Of a DNA stretch of 64,000 nt, positions 29,068 through 38,654 are shown piece by piece. A model generated the notes under the pieces. It was not told the DNA's origin, ran no database searches, and saw only the letters and a program-made list of their open reading frames with translations. Both the position numbers and the translations under genes were made by a program. Location of the stretch: contig DATJFP010000026.1 in assembly GCA_035495615.1 (NCBI GenBank), positions 15,635 through 79,634 on the forward strand, given 5' to 3'. Position 1 is the stretch's first letter, and each line of letters opens with the position of its first letter. This DNA is from Verrucomicrobiia bacterium. GTDB taxonomy: Bacteria > Omnitrophota > Omnitrophia > Omnitrophales > Aquincolibacteriaceae.

Positions 29068-31600
29068 GGCCGCGGGAATTGAGCGACGCGATGTCGGCCA
29101 GCGCGCGCGGCACGGAAAAGCCGCCGGGAAGGGCAATGTATTTCGGACGCCACTGCGGCCCGAACTTTTCTTTGTAATCGCGAAGGCCTTCGAAGTTGTA
29201 GAAATATTCGCCGCGCGAGAAAATGAAAGCGCCCAGCTTGTTCCACAACGGTGCGAACTCGCGGTTCTCGAGCCCCGCAAGAGGCGCCATGCCCACGTTG
29301 AACCACTGATAGCCCTGCTCTTTTCCCCAGAGGAAAAGATTCAGGAAAAGATAATCCATGGATCCGGCCGGCGCGAGATCCGGGTCATAGCGCATCAAGT
29401 CCACGGACAGTTCGCTTTTCTCCGCGCCCAGCATGACATTGGCAAACGCCACGGGCTTGCCTCCATACCGCATGACTGCCATGGGAAAATGACGCAGATA
29501 CGACACGTCGAAAAATCCGAGCGAGAAGCCTTTTTCCTTGGTGTTTTTCTTGGCGAGCCATGCGTCGGAAATCGTCTTCAGCTCCGCCGCGCGGCCGGGC
29601 ACCGCCTCTTTATCCACCCACTCGAAGGAAGCGCCCTCTTTTTCCATGCGCCGGAGGGTGTAGCGCATTTCTTTGCGCCCGCCGCCTTCCAGTGAAAACG
29701 CGGGAAGGAAAACGCGGCCTTCCTCACCCATCTTGATCAGGGCAAATCCCGCGTCGAGATAAAGCGGCAAATACTGCGGATTCACTTCGTAGAAAACGGG
29801 CATGCCGTCGTGACGGTCGACAAGCATGCGGAAAGACGTGATCAGGTCCAGCCAGGCATTGCTGTCACCAATCGGGTCGCCGAGCGACACCCAGCTCTTG
29901 CCCTGGACGCCGTACATGATGAACGCCAGGCCGTCCCGGCTGAAAAGAAAATTCTTATCGCCGCTCAGGGCGAGATAAGAGGTGGTATTGGACGAGCGCA
30001 CAATGATGTCGAGGGCGCGGGAAAGTTCTTCCGGTGAAGGCGGATGCACTTTGATCGTGGTCGTTCGCATGAGATTGGCGGCGGAAAGGATGCCGGCAAA
30101 GGCCATGACGCCTACCACGGCGCGCATGGAGCGCGCCGCATCCCCGCGCAGGCTGAAGTGCCACCAGAGGTCGCCTGAATAATTGACGTGCTTGAACGCA
30201 AAAAGCCCCAGCCATACGGACACACTGATGACGGTCAGGACCGAAAGAAGCCATGCCGGCGAAAGCGCTTCGCCGAAGAGCGACGCCTTCCGGTAAAAAA
30301 AGGGCCGGCTCGGAACGATCAGCAGGAACATGGCAAACAGGATCACGGCTTCTTCATAGTCAAAACCTTTCATCAGGGAAAACACCATGCCGAAGCCCAG
30401 AAGGATGAGCGCGAAATAATAAGCCGCATCGAGGCGCCGCTGGATGCCCCGCGCGAGGAATAAAAGCAGGACGCCCGCGAGGCTTCCGAGAAAATGCGAA
30501 AGTTCGATGGCCGGAAGAGGCAGGAAGCGCTCCAGCATGGCAAGACGGGAACCGACCGCGGGCGTGGATCCGGAAAGCAGCAGCACCGTGCCTGCAATGA
30601 ACGTGGTCACAGAAAGCAGCGGCGGCACGAACGGCGTCAGAATCTGATTGAAGGCCGCGCCGGCCTTGGCGTATTTCCGCAGATTCTTGAATTCGAGAAC
30701 GGCCAGAAACAGCAGCGACACGAAAAGCGGGAGAAGATAATAGATAAGCCGGTAATAAAGAAGGGAAACGAAAAGCTGGTCCGAAGGGACTCGGTCGGAG
30801 AGCGCGGCCAGAAGCGTCGCTTCGAAAACACCGAGGCCGCCGGGAACCTGGCTGACCATGCCCAGCAAATGCCCGGTGATGAAAAGCCCCACGAAGAAAA
30901 GATAGGACAGCCCATGTCCCTGCGGCAGCAAGACGTAAAGGACGGCCGCGGCCAGCAGCCAATCGGCAAGCGAAAAAAAAGCCTGGCCGAGAGCAAGCCG
31001 CCCTTCCGGCAAACGCAGCTCCCAGTCTTTGATCTTAAAGGAGCGGCGAACGAAGCCGCAGGCCAAAAGATAACTCAGGACTGCAGCGAGAAAGGCAATG
31101 CCCAGCATGCGCACCATTTCGGGACTCAGAAATTGCAGGCCCGGCAAAAGACGGCCGGGAGCGGTCACGAAAGAAAAACCGAGGAGCGCGATAAGGCCCA
31201 GAAAAAAACTCACGCTGTAAAACAGGATAACTTGGGCGGTTTCCAGCGCCGAGAGTCCCCACGTGGAGTACATGCGGTAGCGTACGGCAGCTCCGGAAAG
31301 CGCGACCGCGCCGAAATTATTTCCCAGCGCGCTGGCGATAAACGAGGCCGGAAAAATCTTGGCGTACTTCATGGGCTTGCGGATGTAGCGCAGACCCAGC
31401 CATTCGTAGGACGTCAGCGCCGCGTAATTGAAGGCCGTAAACAGCGCCGCCGCCAGCAGCGGACGCTTGGGGAAATCGGCAAAGTTATGCGTGACGTCGT
31501 TAAAGTGGTGGCCGCCAAGCTCGCGGTAAAGCACCCACAATCCCCCGATAAAAAAAACGAATCCGAGGGAATGAAAAACGCGAAGAAGGAATTTTTTCAT
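29045..31600 (-). CDS. mprF: bifunctional lysylphosphatidylglycerol flippase/synthetase (phosphatidylglycerol aminoacyltransferase)
   Basis: 851 aa. ~14 TM N-terminal flippase domain plus C-terminal synthase domain (DUF2156-like, FANVMLG...YDPDLAPAGSMDYLFLNLFLWGKEQGY). Confidence 0.85.
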   Translation of the reverse strand: MKKFLLRVFHSLGFVFFIGGLWVLYRELGGHHFNDVTHNFADFPKRPLLAAALFTAFNYAALTSYEWLGLRYIRKPMKYAKIFPASFIASALGNNFGAVALSGAAVRYRMYSTWGLSALETAQVILFYSVSFFLGLIALLGFSFVTAPGRLLPGLQFLSPEMVRMLGIAFLAAVLSYLLACGFVRRSFKIKDWELRLPEGRLALGQAFFSLADWLLAAAVLYVLLPQGHGLSYLFFVGLFITGHLLGMVSQVPGGLGVFEATLLAALSDRVPSDQLFVSLLYYRLIYYLLPLFVSLLFLAVLEFKNLRKYAKAGAAFNQILTPFVPPLLSVTTFIAGTVLLLSGSTPAVGSRLAMLERFLPLPAIELSHFLGSLAGVLLLFLARGIQRRLDAAYYFALILLGFGMVFSLMKGFDYEEAVILFAMFLLIVPSRPFFYRKASLFGEALSPAWLLSVLTVISVSVWLGLFAFKHVNYSGDLWWHFSLRGDAARSMRAVVGVMAFAGILSAANLMRTTTIKVHPPSPEELSRALDIIVRSSNTTSYLALSGDKNFLFSRDGLAFIMYGVQGKSWVSLGDPIGDSNAWLDLITSFRMLVDRHDGMPVFYEVNPQYLPLYLDAGFALIKMGEEGRVFLPAFSLEGGGRKEMRYTLRRMEKEGASFEWVDKEAVPGRAAELKTISDAWLAKKNTKEKGFSLGFFDVSYLRHFPMAVMRYGGKPVAFANVMLGAEKSELSVDLMRYDPDLAPAGSMDYLFLNLFLWGKEQGYQWFNVGMAPLAGLENREFAPLWNKLGAFIFSRGEYFYNFEGLRDYKEKFGPQWRPKYIALPGGFSVPRALADIASLNSRGLKGIFSK

Positions 31601-31604
31601 AGGA

Positions 31605-32225
31605 TCAGGTTTTTCCCAGCGGCCAGCACATGCCGCTCAGTACGCCGAAAAAGAAAGCAGTCAGATGCGCGAGATCCGCGTGTTTTTTGACCAGCGGATT
31701 TTCGCCTGCGGCCGCGGGCCTGCAAAAAACCACGATGAGGCCCGCGAATACAGCCGCAATCGCCGGCCACCGCCAGGCCCCCAGTCCGAGCATCAGAGCG
31801 CCCAGACAGCCGAAATACCCTGCGGATGGGCCGACGTCGCGGACAAGTTTGAGCTCCTCGCCAAAGAAATCTGTAAGCGGGCGCAGCGGAAGAAGCATCA
31901 GGACAGACAAGAACAGAAGAGTCAGAGTATGGGCACCCCAGAAGGTCAGTACGGCGCGTGCCGTACCGGCCACGCGTTCCAGGCCGCCGACAGCCAGCAG
32001 CGTCACGGCCATGGCCAGGACGAGGGATTTCGGGCCATCCGTAAAAAAAGTCGACACGAACATCCGGCCCAGGCGCCCTGCCCCCAAATCGGCCGGGGCA
32101 TAGCCGATTTTTTCGAGCCAGGGATCGGACAAAACGCCGGTATGCGTGCCGGCCCAGAAACCGGCGGCGGCAACGACTGCGAGTAAGATGAATGTAAACG
32201 GGAGCATAATGGAAAACCTTTTCAC
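31605..32225 (-). CDS. rhomboid-family-like small polytopic membrane protein (possible rhombosortase-type)
   Basis: 206 aa, ~6 TM. GPSAGYFGCLGA resembles the rhomboid GxSG serine motif and AHLTAFFFGVLSG the His-helix. Assignment tentative. Confidence 0.4.
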   Translation of the reverse strand: MKRFSIMLPFTFILLAVVAAAGFWAGTHTGVLSDPWLEKIGYAPADLGAGRLGRMFVSTFFTDGPKSLVLAMAVTLLAVGGLERVAGTARAVLTFWGAHTLTLLFLSVLMLLPLRPLTDFFGEELKLVRDVGPSAGYFGCLGALMLGLGAWRWPAIAAVFAGLIVVFCRPAAAGENPLVKKHADLAHLTAFFFGVLSGMCWPLGKT

Positions 32226-32275
32226 TAAAATACGGCTTTCCCGAAAATATCATGAGAGGCGGAACAGGGGGAGGC

Positions 32276-33643
32276 CTAAAGACGTTCTGCGATCAGCGTG
32301 TCGTGCGCCAAGCCGACGACGCGGACTTTCACAAAACTCCCAAGCAATTCGCGGGGACCCTCGAATACGACTTTCTTCTCCTGGTGCGACCGCCCGGTCA
32401 GCTGGGCGGCATCCTTCGCTCCCGGGGCTTCGGCGAAAACTTCCAATTCACGGCCGAGCCATTGCCGGTTGCTTTCTTCCGTAATTTTTTTCTGCAGCTG
32501 CAGAAGTTCCTGGTTGCGGGTTTCCTTGGTTTCGAGCGGGACGTCGTCTTCGAGCTTCGCGGCCGGAGTGCCGGGACGCACGGAATACTTATATATGTAG
32601 GCGCCGTCGTAACGGATTTCTTCCAGCGCACGCATCGTGGCTTCGTGGTCCTCCGGCGTTTCACCCGAAAAACCGGCGATGATGTCGGTGGTCACCGAGA
32701 CATCCGGAATCATGGCGCGCATGGCCCGGATCTTTTCCAGGTACTCCGCATATGTGTGAAGGCGCTTCATGCGCTTCAGCATCCTGTCGGAACCGGATTG
32801 AAGCGGAAGATGAAAACGGCGAGACAACTTCGGATTGCGCGCGATGACCCGGTACAGTTCCGGCGTGGCATCGTGCGGATGCGATGTGGTAAAAGAAATC
32901 CGCTCGACACCCGGGATCTCGCACAGCATTTCCAGGAGTTCGGGAAATCCCGTCTGCTTGGCGTCCGCGTCTCTCCCGCTGCCCGTGTATGAATTGACGT
33001 TCTGCCCGAGAAGCGTGATCCATTTGACGCCCTCGCCCGCGAGACGGCCGGCCTCGCGGTAGACTTCCCGAGCCGGCATGGAAACTTCGCTGCCGCGCGT
33101 GATGGGCACGATGCAAAACGTGCAGACCTTGTTGCATCCGGTCATGATGGGCAGCCAGGCGTGATGATGGCCCTGGCGCTGGATTTGGTCCGTATATTCA
33201 ATGGAAACGCCATCCTGCTTGATCTTGGAAACCTGGCGGCGGGTCCTGCGGACTTCTTCGACCAGCGCGGGAAGGTCCGCGATGTTGCGCGTGCCGACCA
33301 TGAGGTCGAGCTGGGGAAAACGCCGGAACAATTTCTCTTTGTGCTCTTCCACCATGCAGCCCATGAGGCCGACGATGAGCTCCGGATTCGTTTCCTTGGC
33401 CTTGCCGAGCATTCCAAGCCGCCCATAAACGCGGTCTTCCGCGTGCTCGCGCACCGAACACGTGTTCATGAGCACCACGTCCGCCGCAGGAAGCAGCTTG
33501 CGGCCGTCCCCGGAGCGTTCCCATTCTTCGGGAATGATCTCGAAGCCCTTCGCGGACAAAAGACCTCCGGCCACTTCGCTGTCATACATGTTCATCTGAC
33601 AGCCGAACGTCTTGATCGAAACTTTTAACTTCTGCTCGCTCAT
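32276..33643 (-). CDS. miaB: tRNA-2-methylthio-N6-dimethylallyladenosine synthase (radical SAM methylthiotransferase)
   Basis: N-terminal MTTase domain (FGCQMN), radical SAM CxxxCxxC, C-terminal TRAM. Confidence 0.8.
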   Translation of the reverse strand: MSEQKLKVSIKTFGCQMNMYDSEVAGGLLSAKGFEIIPEEWERSGDGRKLLPAADVVLMNTCSVREHAEDRVYGRLGMLGKAKETNPELIVGLMGCMVEEHKEKLFRRFPQLDLMVGTRNIADLPALVEEVRRTRRQVSKIKQDGVSIEYTDQIQRQGHHHAWLPIMTGCNKVCTFCIVPITRGSEVSMPAREVYREAGRLAGEGVKWITLLGQNVNSYTGSGRDADAKQTGFPELLEMLCEIPGVERISFTTSHPHDATPELYRVIARNPKLSRRFHLPLQSGSDRMLKRMKRLHTYAEYLEKIRAMRAMIPDVSVTTDIIAGFSGETPEDHEATMRALEEIRYDGAYIYKYSVRPGTPAAKLEDDVPLETKETRNQELLQLQKKITEESNRQWLGRELEVFAEAPGAKDAAQLTGRSHQEKKVVFEGPRELLGSFVKVRVVGLAHDTLIAERL

Positions 33644-34332
33644 TGTATCCCTCGATCGCGGACCAGCGTTTCAGAACCGACCTGGTCGGAAGACTGGCTA
33701 GCCCACCGCCCGATTAATTCATCGCCCTTAATCTCATAATAAATAACACCGGCACCGATTCCCCATCCCACGAACAGGAAATCACCCCGTAAGAGGCCGA
33801 CTCCAGTATACACAATATTATTGATGTGCCATGTCAGTCGGTAAATCTGGCCGCTCGGACGGATCTCCACCGTGCCGGAATAAGCGGCTCCTCCATCCTC
33901 CCCGGCGGCATCGACGATCTGATAGACGCCATTCAGGCCGGACGGCCCCTCGAGCGATTCCGTGCCCAAGTCGAATTCCGTCGTGTTCGAGATCCAATCA
34001 CCATAGAGCTTCCCGCCTTCCACTTTATAGATCACAAGGCCGTAGGAATCCGCATCGCTCCAGGCGGCCGCGAGCCCGTTCTGATCATGAAGCCCAATGC
34101 CGTGATAGGCGGTTCCGCCGCCTGTATTCCAACCCACGGAAAAAACCTCATCCCCGAGATCTTCAATCTCGACTTCGCCGGAGTATTCAGAGCCCCCCGG
34201 GCCCATGCCGTGGCTGATCGAATAGGATCCGGCAGGATTCAACGGTGCTTGGGCATTCGCAGGCGTTTGTTGAAGCGCGCCGAACAGGGCGATTGTGACG
34301 CACCCGGCGAAAGTTTTAAAGGGCGGTTTCAT
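33640..34332 (-). CDS. secreted protein with two internal ~75-aa repeats
   Basis: Signal peptide ending ANAQA. Repeat starts YSGEVEIE and YSGTVEIR, each ending in a G-rich beta-like segment. Confidence 0.45.
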   Translation of the reverse strand: MKPPFKTFAGCVTIALFGALQQTPANAQAPLNPAGSYSISHGMGPGGSEYSGEVEIEDLGDEVFSVGWNTGGGTAYHGIGLHDQNGLAAAWSDADSYGLVIYKVEGGKLYGDWISNTTEFDLGTESLEGPSGLNGVYQIVDAAGEDGGAAYSGTVEIRPSGQIYRLTWHINNIVYTGVGLLRGDFLFVGWGIGAGVIYYEIKGDELIGRWASQSSDQVGSETLVRDRGIQ

Positions 34333-34525
34333 GAGTGGGATTTTATATCAAATCGCGGCTTTTGGCATCAGCCTTTTGGAGCTGCGGGAACCCGAGAAAT
34401 CATTCGTTCGAAGGCGGGATAAGAAGGAATAGACACAGGAAGCCTGACAAAAAGTGCCGCTGCAGGAGCCGAGGCCATGAAGACCCATGCGGCCCCTGCA
34501 GCGGCGCAGAAAGCGTAGGTACAGG

Positions 34526-34867
34526 TCAGTCGACCGCCACTTCCCCGTTTTCACCCGTGCGGATGCGGATCGCGTCATCAATCGTCGTGATGAAGATCTT
34601 GCCGTCTCCGACCGAGTTGGTGCTTGCGGTGCGCACGATGGCCTCAACGATTTTTTTCACCTGCGTATCGCGCGCAACGATTTCGATCTTGGTTTTCGGC
34701 AGGAGGTCGACTTTGAATTCTCTGCCGCGGAATTGCTCCGTGATCCCGGCCTGCTTGCCGTGCCCGACGATTTCCCACACTTGCATGCCTGGGCAGCTGA
34801 TGCCGTCAAGCGCCTGCTTCACATCGCCGAGTCTTTCCCTGCGAATGATAGCTTGAATCATCTTCAT
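34526..34867 (-). CDS. glnK: nitrogen regulatory protein P-II
   Basis: Aligns along full length with E. coli GlnB. T-loop reads GHGKQAGITEQFRGREF, so Phe replaces Tyr51. Start taken at MKMIQAII. Confidence 0.85.
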   Translation of the reverse strand: MKMIQAIIRRERLGDVKQALDGISCPGMQVWEIVGHGKQAGITEQFRGREFKVDLLPKTKIEIVARDTQVKKIVEAIVRTASTNSVGDGKIFITTIDDAIRIRTGENGEVAVD

Positions 34868-34871
34868 TTGA

Positions 34872-36491
34872 TTATCTCCCTTTCCCGACACTAGCCGGCT
34901 CGTTATAAACGTAATTGCTCTTCGGGCCGGGGCCGTTCTTGCGTGTAGACAGCGGTGTCTCTGAAAACTTGTCCAGCTTCACGCCCACATAACCCGGAAC
35001 GCCCATTTCGGGAATGTCCAAACCTTCGACTTCGTCATCCGGCCGGACACGCAGCCCGATCGTGACATCGATCGCCTTAAGCACAATGTAGCCGATGACG
35101 CCCACGTAAACCACGTTTGCAAGAACGCCGATGCAGGAAGCCACAAACTGACTGGGATCGCCATAAAAAAGTCCGCGAACCGTTCCCGCAACGCCGTTCC
35201 AGCCGTCGCCGTACGTTCCGTCGGCGAAAAGGCCCGTGGCCAGAATGCCCCATGCGCCGTTCACGCCATGAACCGCTACGGCGCCGACGGGATCATCGAT
35301 CTTAAGCACGCCTTCAAAGAAATACACGGCTTCGACGACGAGCAGGCCCGAAACCGCGCCGATGATGCAGGCGTTCACCGAATTCACGAAAGCGCAGGGC
35401 GCCGTGATGGCGACAAGGCCCGCGAGCATACCGTTGCACATCATGCTGGGATCCGGCTTCTTGGTGCGGACTAGCCACATCCAAAGCGTTGCGACGAGCG
35501 CGCCGGTCATGGAGGCCAGCATCGTGTTCGTAGCCACGACGGAAATACGCAGGTCCGTGCCCGCCAGCGTGGAGCCGGGATTAAATCCGAACCATCCGAA
35601 GGCGAGAATGAACGTGCCGACAATGGCCATCGGGATATTATGCCCGGGAATCGCGTTGGGAGTTCCGTCCGCATTGAACTTCCCGATCCTGGGGCCAATG
35701 AGTTTCGCGCCCACGAAAGCCAGGACGCCGCCCGTCAAATGCACCACCGAAGAGCCTGCGAAGTCCACATGCCCATGGCCCAGACCGAAATTCTGGCCGA
35801 GCATGGCCAGCCAGCCGCCGCCCCAGGTCCAGTTGCCATAAATCGGATAGATGATGCTGCCCACGAAAAGGCCGTACACGACAAACGCCGAAAATTTCCA
35901 ACGCTCGGCCATGGATCCCGTAGGAATCGTTGCGGTCGTGTCCATGAACACCATCTGGAAAAGGAACATCGCGAAGATCGCGGCGTCATAGGATTGTCCC
36001 GTCAGGAAAAAGCCTTTCATGCCGAAAAGGCCGAAACTTTTTCCGAAAAGGTGCAGCGTAAACTCATGGTTCAGGACATCCACGCCTCCCAGCGTGCCAA
36101 ACGCTCCGATGCCTCCGAACATTAACGCAAACCCGCACACGTAGAAACCCAGCATGCCCAAGGGATAGATCATGAAGTTCATGGACATCGTATGCGCCGC
36201 GTTTTTTGCGCGGCAAAGCCCGGTTTCCACCATGGCAAAACCCGCTTGCATGAACATCACGAGAAATCCGGTGATTAGCGTCCATACAAAGTTAATCGAG
36301 ACCTTGTTATGGCCCACTGCGGTCGCGAGTTCTTGGAGAGTCGGCGCGCCCGCCGTGGCAGCCGTAACGTCAGCAGCAGTTCCGGTCAGTGCGCCGCTCG
36401 GATCGGCATCCTTGGCGAAAGCCAGGACCGGCACTATCAGCCCGAAAGCGAATAGCCCTAGGAAAAAAAGACTCACTAATTTCTTTTGCAT
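34872..36491 (-). CDS. amtB: ammonium transporter
   Basis: 539 aa Amt/MEP family with cleavable signal peptide and 11 TM core. Immediately upstream of glnK on the same strand. Confidence 0.85.
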   Translation of the reverse strand: MQKKLVSLFFLGLFAFGLIVPVLAFAKDADPSGALTGTAADVTAATAGAPTLQELATAVGHNKVSINFVWTLITGFLVMFMQAGFAMVETGLCRAKNAAHTMSMNFMIYPLGMLGFYVCGFALMFGGIGAFGTLGGVDVLNHEFTLHLFGKSFGLFGMKGFFLTGQSYDAAIFAMFLFQMVFMDTTATIPTGSMAERWKFSAFVVYGLFVGSIIYPIYGNWTWGGGWLAMLGQNFGLGHGHVDFAGSSVVHLTGGVLAFVGAKLIGPRIGKFNADGTPNAIPGHNIPMAIVGTFILAFGWFGFNPGSTLAGTDLRISVVATNTMLASMTGALVATLWMWLVRTKKPDPSMMCNGMLAGLVAITAPCAFVNSVNACIIGAVSGLLVVEAVYFFEGVLKIDDPVGAVAVHGVNGAWGILATGLFADGTYGDGWNGVAGTVRGLFYGDPSQFVASCIGVLANVVYVGVIGYIVLKAIDVTIGLRVRPDDEVEGLDIPEMGVPGYVGVKLDKFSETPLSTRKNGPGPKSNYVYNEPASVGKGR

Positions 36492-36683
36492 TTCGTTGGC
36501 TCCTTCTGTTTGCGAGACAAATCTGTGAATTTGACGAGGTCTTAATCAAGGTTCATGCCATCGACTTTTTTATTGATGCCATATTGATATCAATGCTTGA
36601 AACTTTCTTTTTAGAAGCAATGCTTTTATGTCACGAAAATCGGGCGGGCTTACAAAAATGAAGACAAACACAAAATTGACTGC

Positions 36684-37412
36684 TTAGGCGGGGACGGAAA
36701 TGGACGGAGGATCAATACGAAGACGATATCCCACGGCGGGCTCCGTGAGAATATAAATAGGACGCGCCGGGTCGGGCTCGAGTTTCTTGCGCAGGTTATA
36801 AATAACGACACGCAAAAGATGGTCCATCCGATGGACACTCTGATCATTATTCCAAACTTGTTTGTAGAGCTGCTCCGTTCTGACGATTTTACCCGCGCTC
36901 AAAACCAGGGCCTTCAGCACATCGTATTCCGTCGGCGTGAGATGCTGCGTGCGGTCCCCGACTTTGACGATACGCTGCTCGCCATCGAAAACAAGTTCGC
37001 CGGTCTTGAAAATCGGAGTTCCGCCTTTCGGCAGCCAGCGGCGCATGAGCGCTCGAACGCGGGCTAGAAACTCCGAAGGGCTGAAGGGCTTGGTGACATA
37101 GTCGTCGGCGCCTGCGTCAAGCGCCGCCACTTTATCCGCTTCGTCTCCGCGGACCGAGAGAATCATGATGGGTGTAGCCGCGCGCTGGCGTATCTCTCTG
37201 GCCACCTCGACTCCGCTGATATCGGGCAGTTTCAAATCCAGAATAATCGCATCAGGATGCGCTTTTACCGCGGCTTTCAAAGCCGCGCGGCCGTTAGCCG
37301 CTTCAAAGGTGCGGTACCCCTGGGATTGGAGCATTCTTTTGAGAACGCGCCTCAGCGGACGTTCGTCATCCACGATCAAAATACGCACCCCGTCTTTTTT
37401 AGGCCTAAGCAT
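36684..37412 (-). CDS. OmpR-family response regulator, KdpE-like (pair 1)
   Basis: Receiver domain (ILIVDDE...DLKLPD...DYVTKPF) plus winged-helix output (LTPTEYDVL, GYRL). Confidence 0.8.
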   Translation of the reverse strand: MLRPKKDGVRILIVDDERPLRRVLKRMLQSQGYRTFEAANGRAALKAAVKAHPDAIILDLKLPDISGVEVAREIRQRAATPIMILSVRGDEADKVAALDAGADDYVTKPFSPSEFLARVRALMRRWLPKGGTPIFKTGELVFDGEQRIVKVGDRTQHLTPTEYDVLKALVLSAGKIVRTEQLYKQVWNNDQSVHRMDHLLRVVIYNLRKKLEPDPARPIYILTEPAVGYRLRIDPPSISVPA

Positions 37413-38541
37413 GGGGCTTCTCGATGCAAAAAGGCAATTCCACAATCATTTTCGTCCCCTTTTCCGGCAGATTTTCGGCCCAGATTTTTCCTTGGTGCGC
37501 CTCAACAATTCCTTGGCAAATCGAGAGGCCGAGACCTGTACCCGGAATTTTCTGCGTTCGTTCACCGCGGTAGAACTTATCAAAGATACGATGCAATTCC
37601 CGTTCCGGAATGCCCGGGCCCTCGTCAGAAATTTCAATACGGACGCTTTGCATCGAGGTTTTGATCTCGAGCAAAACCAAAGAACCCCTGGGCGAATACT
37701 TCAGGGCATTGTCGATCACATTGACTAAGACTTTCAGCATCAGGTCGTAGTCGACGCAGGCTTCCGGGAGCTCATCCGGAAGAAGGACGCGCACACGATA
37801 TCCTTCCTCCCCCCGGGATAACTGCTGCAATGCCACTCCGATGAGATCGCTTAAGTCGCATGGTTTCCGGGTCAGCTCTAAAATGCCTCCCTCGACCTTG
37901 GTCATGTCCAATAAATTTTCAACGAGCTGACTGAGTCTCCCCGCCTCCGCGTTGGCTGTCGTAATGAGCTGCCGGCGGGAGGATTCATCCAGGTCCATGT
38001 TGTGGTGCATCAGATTCCCCAGGGCCGCAGTGATCGAGGACAACGGCGTTTTTAGATCATGAGAGATCGAGTTCAACAAAGTTGAATACAGTTTCTCCTT
38101 CTCCCGCAAAAGCTCCATCTGCTGAGTTTTCATGAGGCTGCGTCGGAGGCGCGTCGTCAAAGTGCTGATCGTGATTCCTACAATCAAGAATCCGGCCAGG
38201 GTGACGAAATCGTGCTGACTGAATGTGGCGAAGCTGAATTGCGGCGGGATGAAAAGGTAATCAAAAGCCAGCACGCTGGCGATCGAAGAGGCGATTGCGG
38301 GGCCACGGCCCCATTTGAGCGCAATAATTACGACCCCTAAGAGATAAAAAATAATGAGGTCGGTTGTGATCAGAAAGGCTTTGGCATAGGCAATCCAACC
38401 CGCAAGAAAAGCCGCTGCCACCAACATCAGGCTCAGGATATATGGCATGACGCGATCGGTTTTTTTTCCACCCCACTTCATGGTCATGAGAGCCCCTACG
38501 GATCGATAATTGTATCGAACGTCAGGGAAAGAAAATATCAA
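37405..38541 (-). CDS. sensor histidine kinase, KdpD C-terminal type (4-TM + HisKA + HATPase only)
   Basis: TM block LAFDYLFIPPQFSFATFSQHDFVTLAGFLIVG matches the KdpD membrane domain. LLNSISHDLKTPL H-box. No N-terminal KdpD/Usp domain and no GAF linker. Confidence 0.8.
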   Translation of the reverse strand: MIFSFPDVRYNYRSVGALMTMKWGGKKTDRVMPYILSLMLVAAAFLAGWIAYAKAFLITTDLIIFYLLGVVIIALKWGRGPAIASSIASVLAFDYLFIPPQFSFATFSQHDFVTLAGFLIVGITISTLTTRLRRSLMKTQQMELLREKEKLYSTLLNSISHDLKTPLSSITAALGNLMHHNMDLDESSRRQLITTANAEAGRLSQLVENLLDMTKVEGGILELTRKPCDLSDLIGVALQQLSRGEEGYRVRVLLPDELPEACVDYDLMLKVLVNVIDNALKYSPRGSLVLLEIKTSMQSVRIEISDEGPGIPERELHRIFDKFYRGERTQKIPGTGLGLSICQGIVEAHQGKIWAENLPEKGTKMIVELPFCIEKPHA

Positions 38542-38654
38542 AATTTGATCAAATCCGCAAAACCCGGCGCAAAATATTAAAAATGGGGATGTTGCTGAGA
38601 AGTCCTTTTGCTAAAATGGCCCATCACCGGACCGTGAACTGTCGGTAAACGCAC

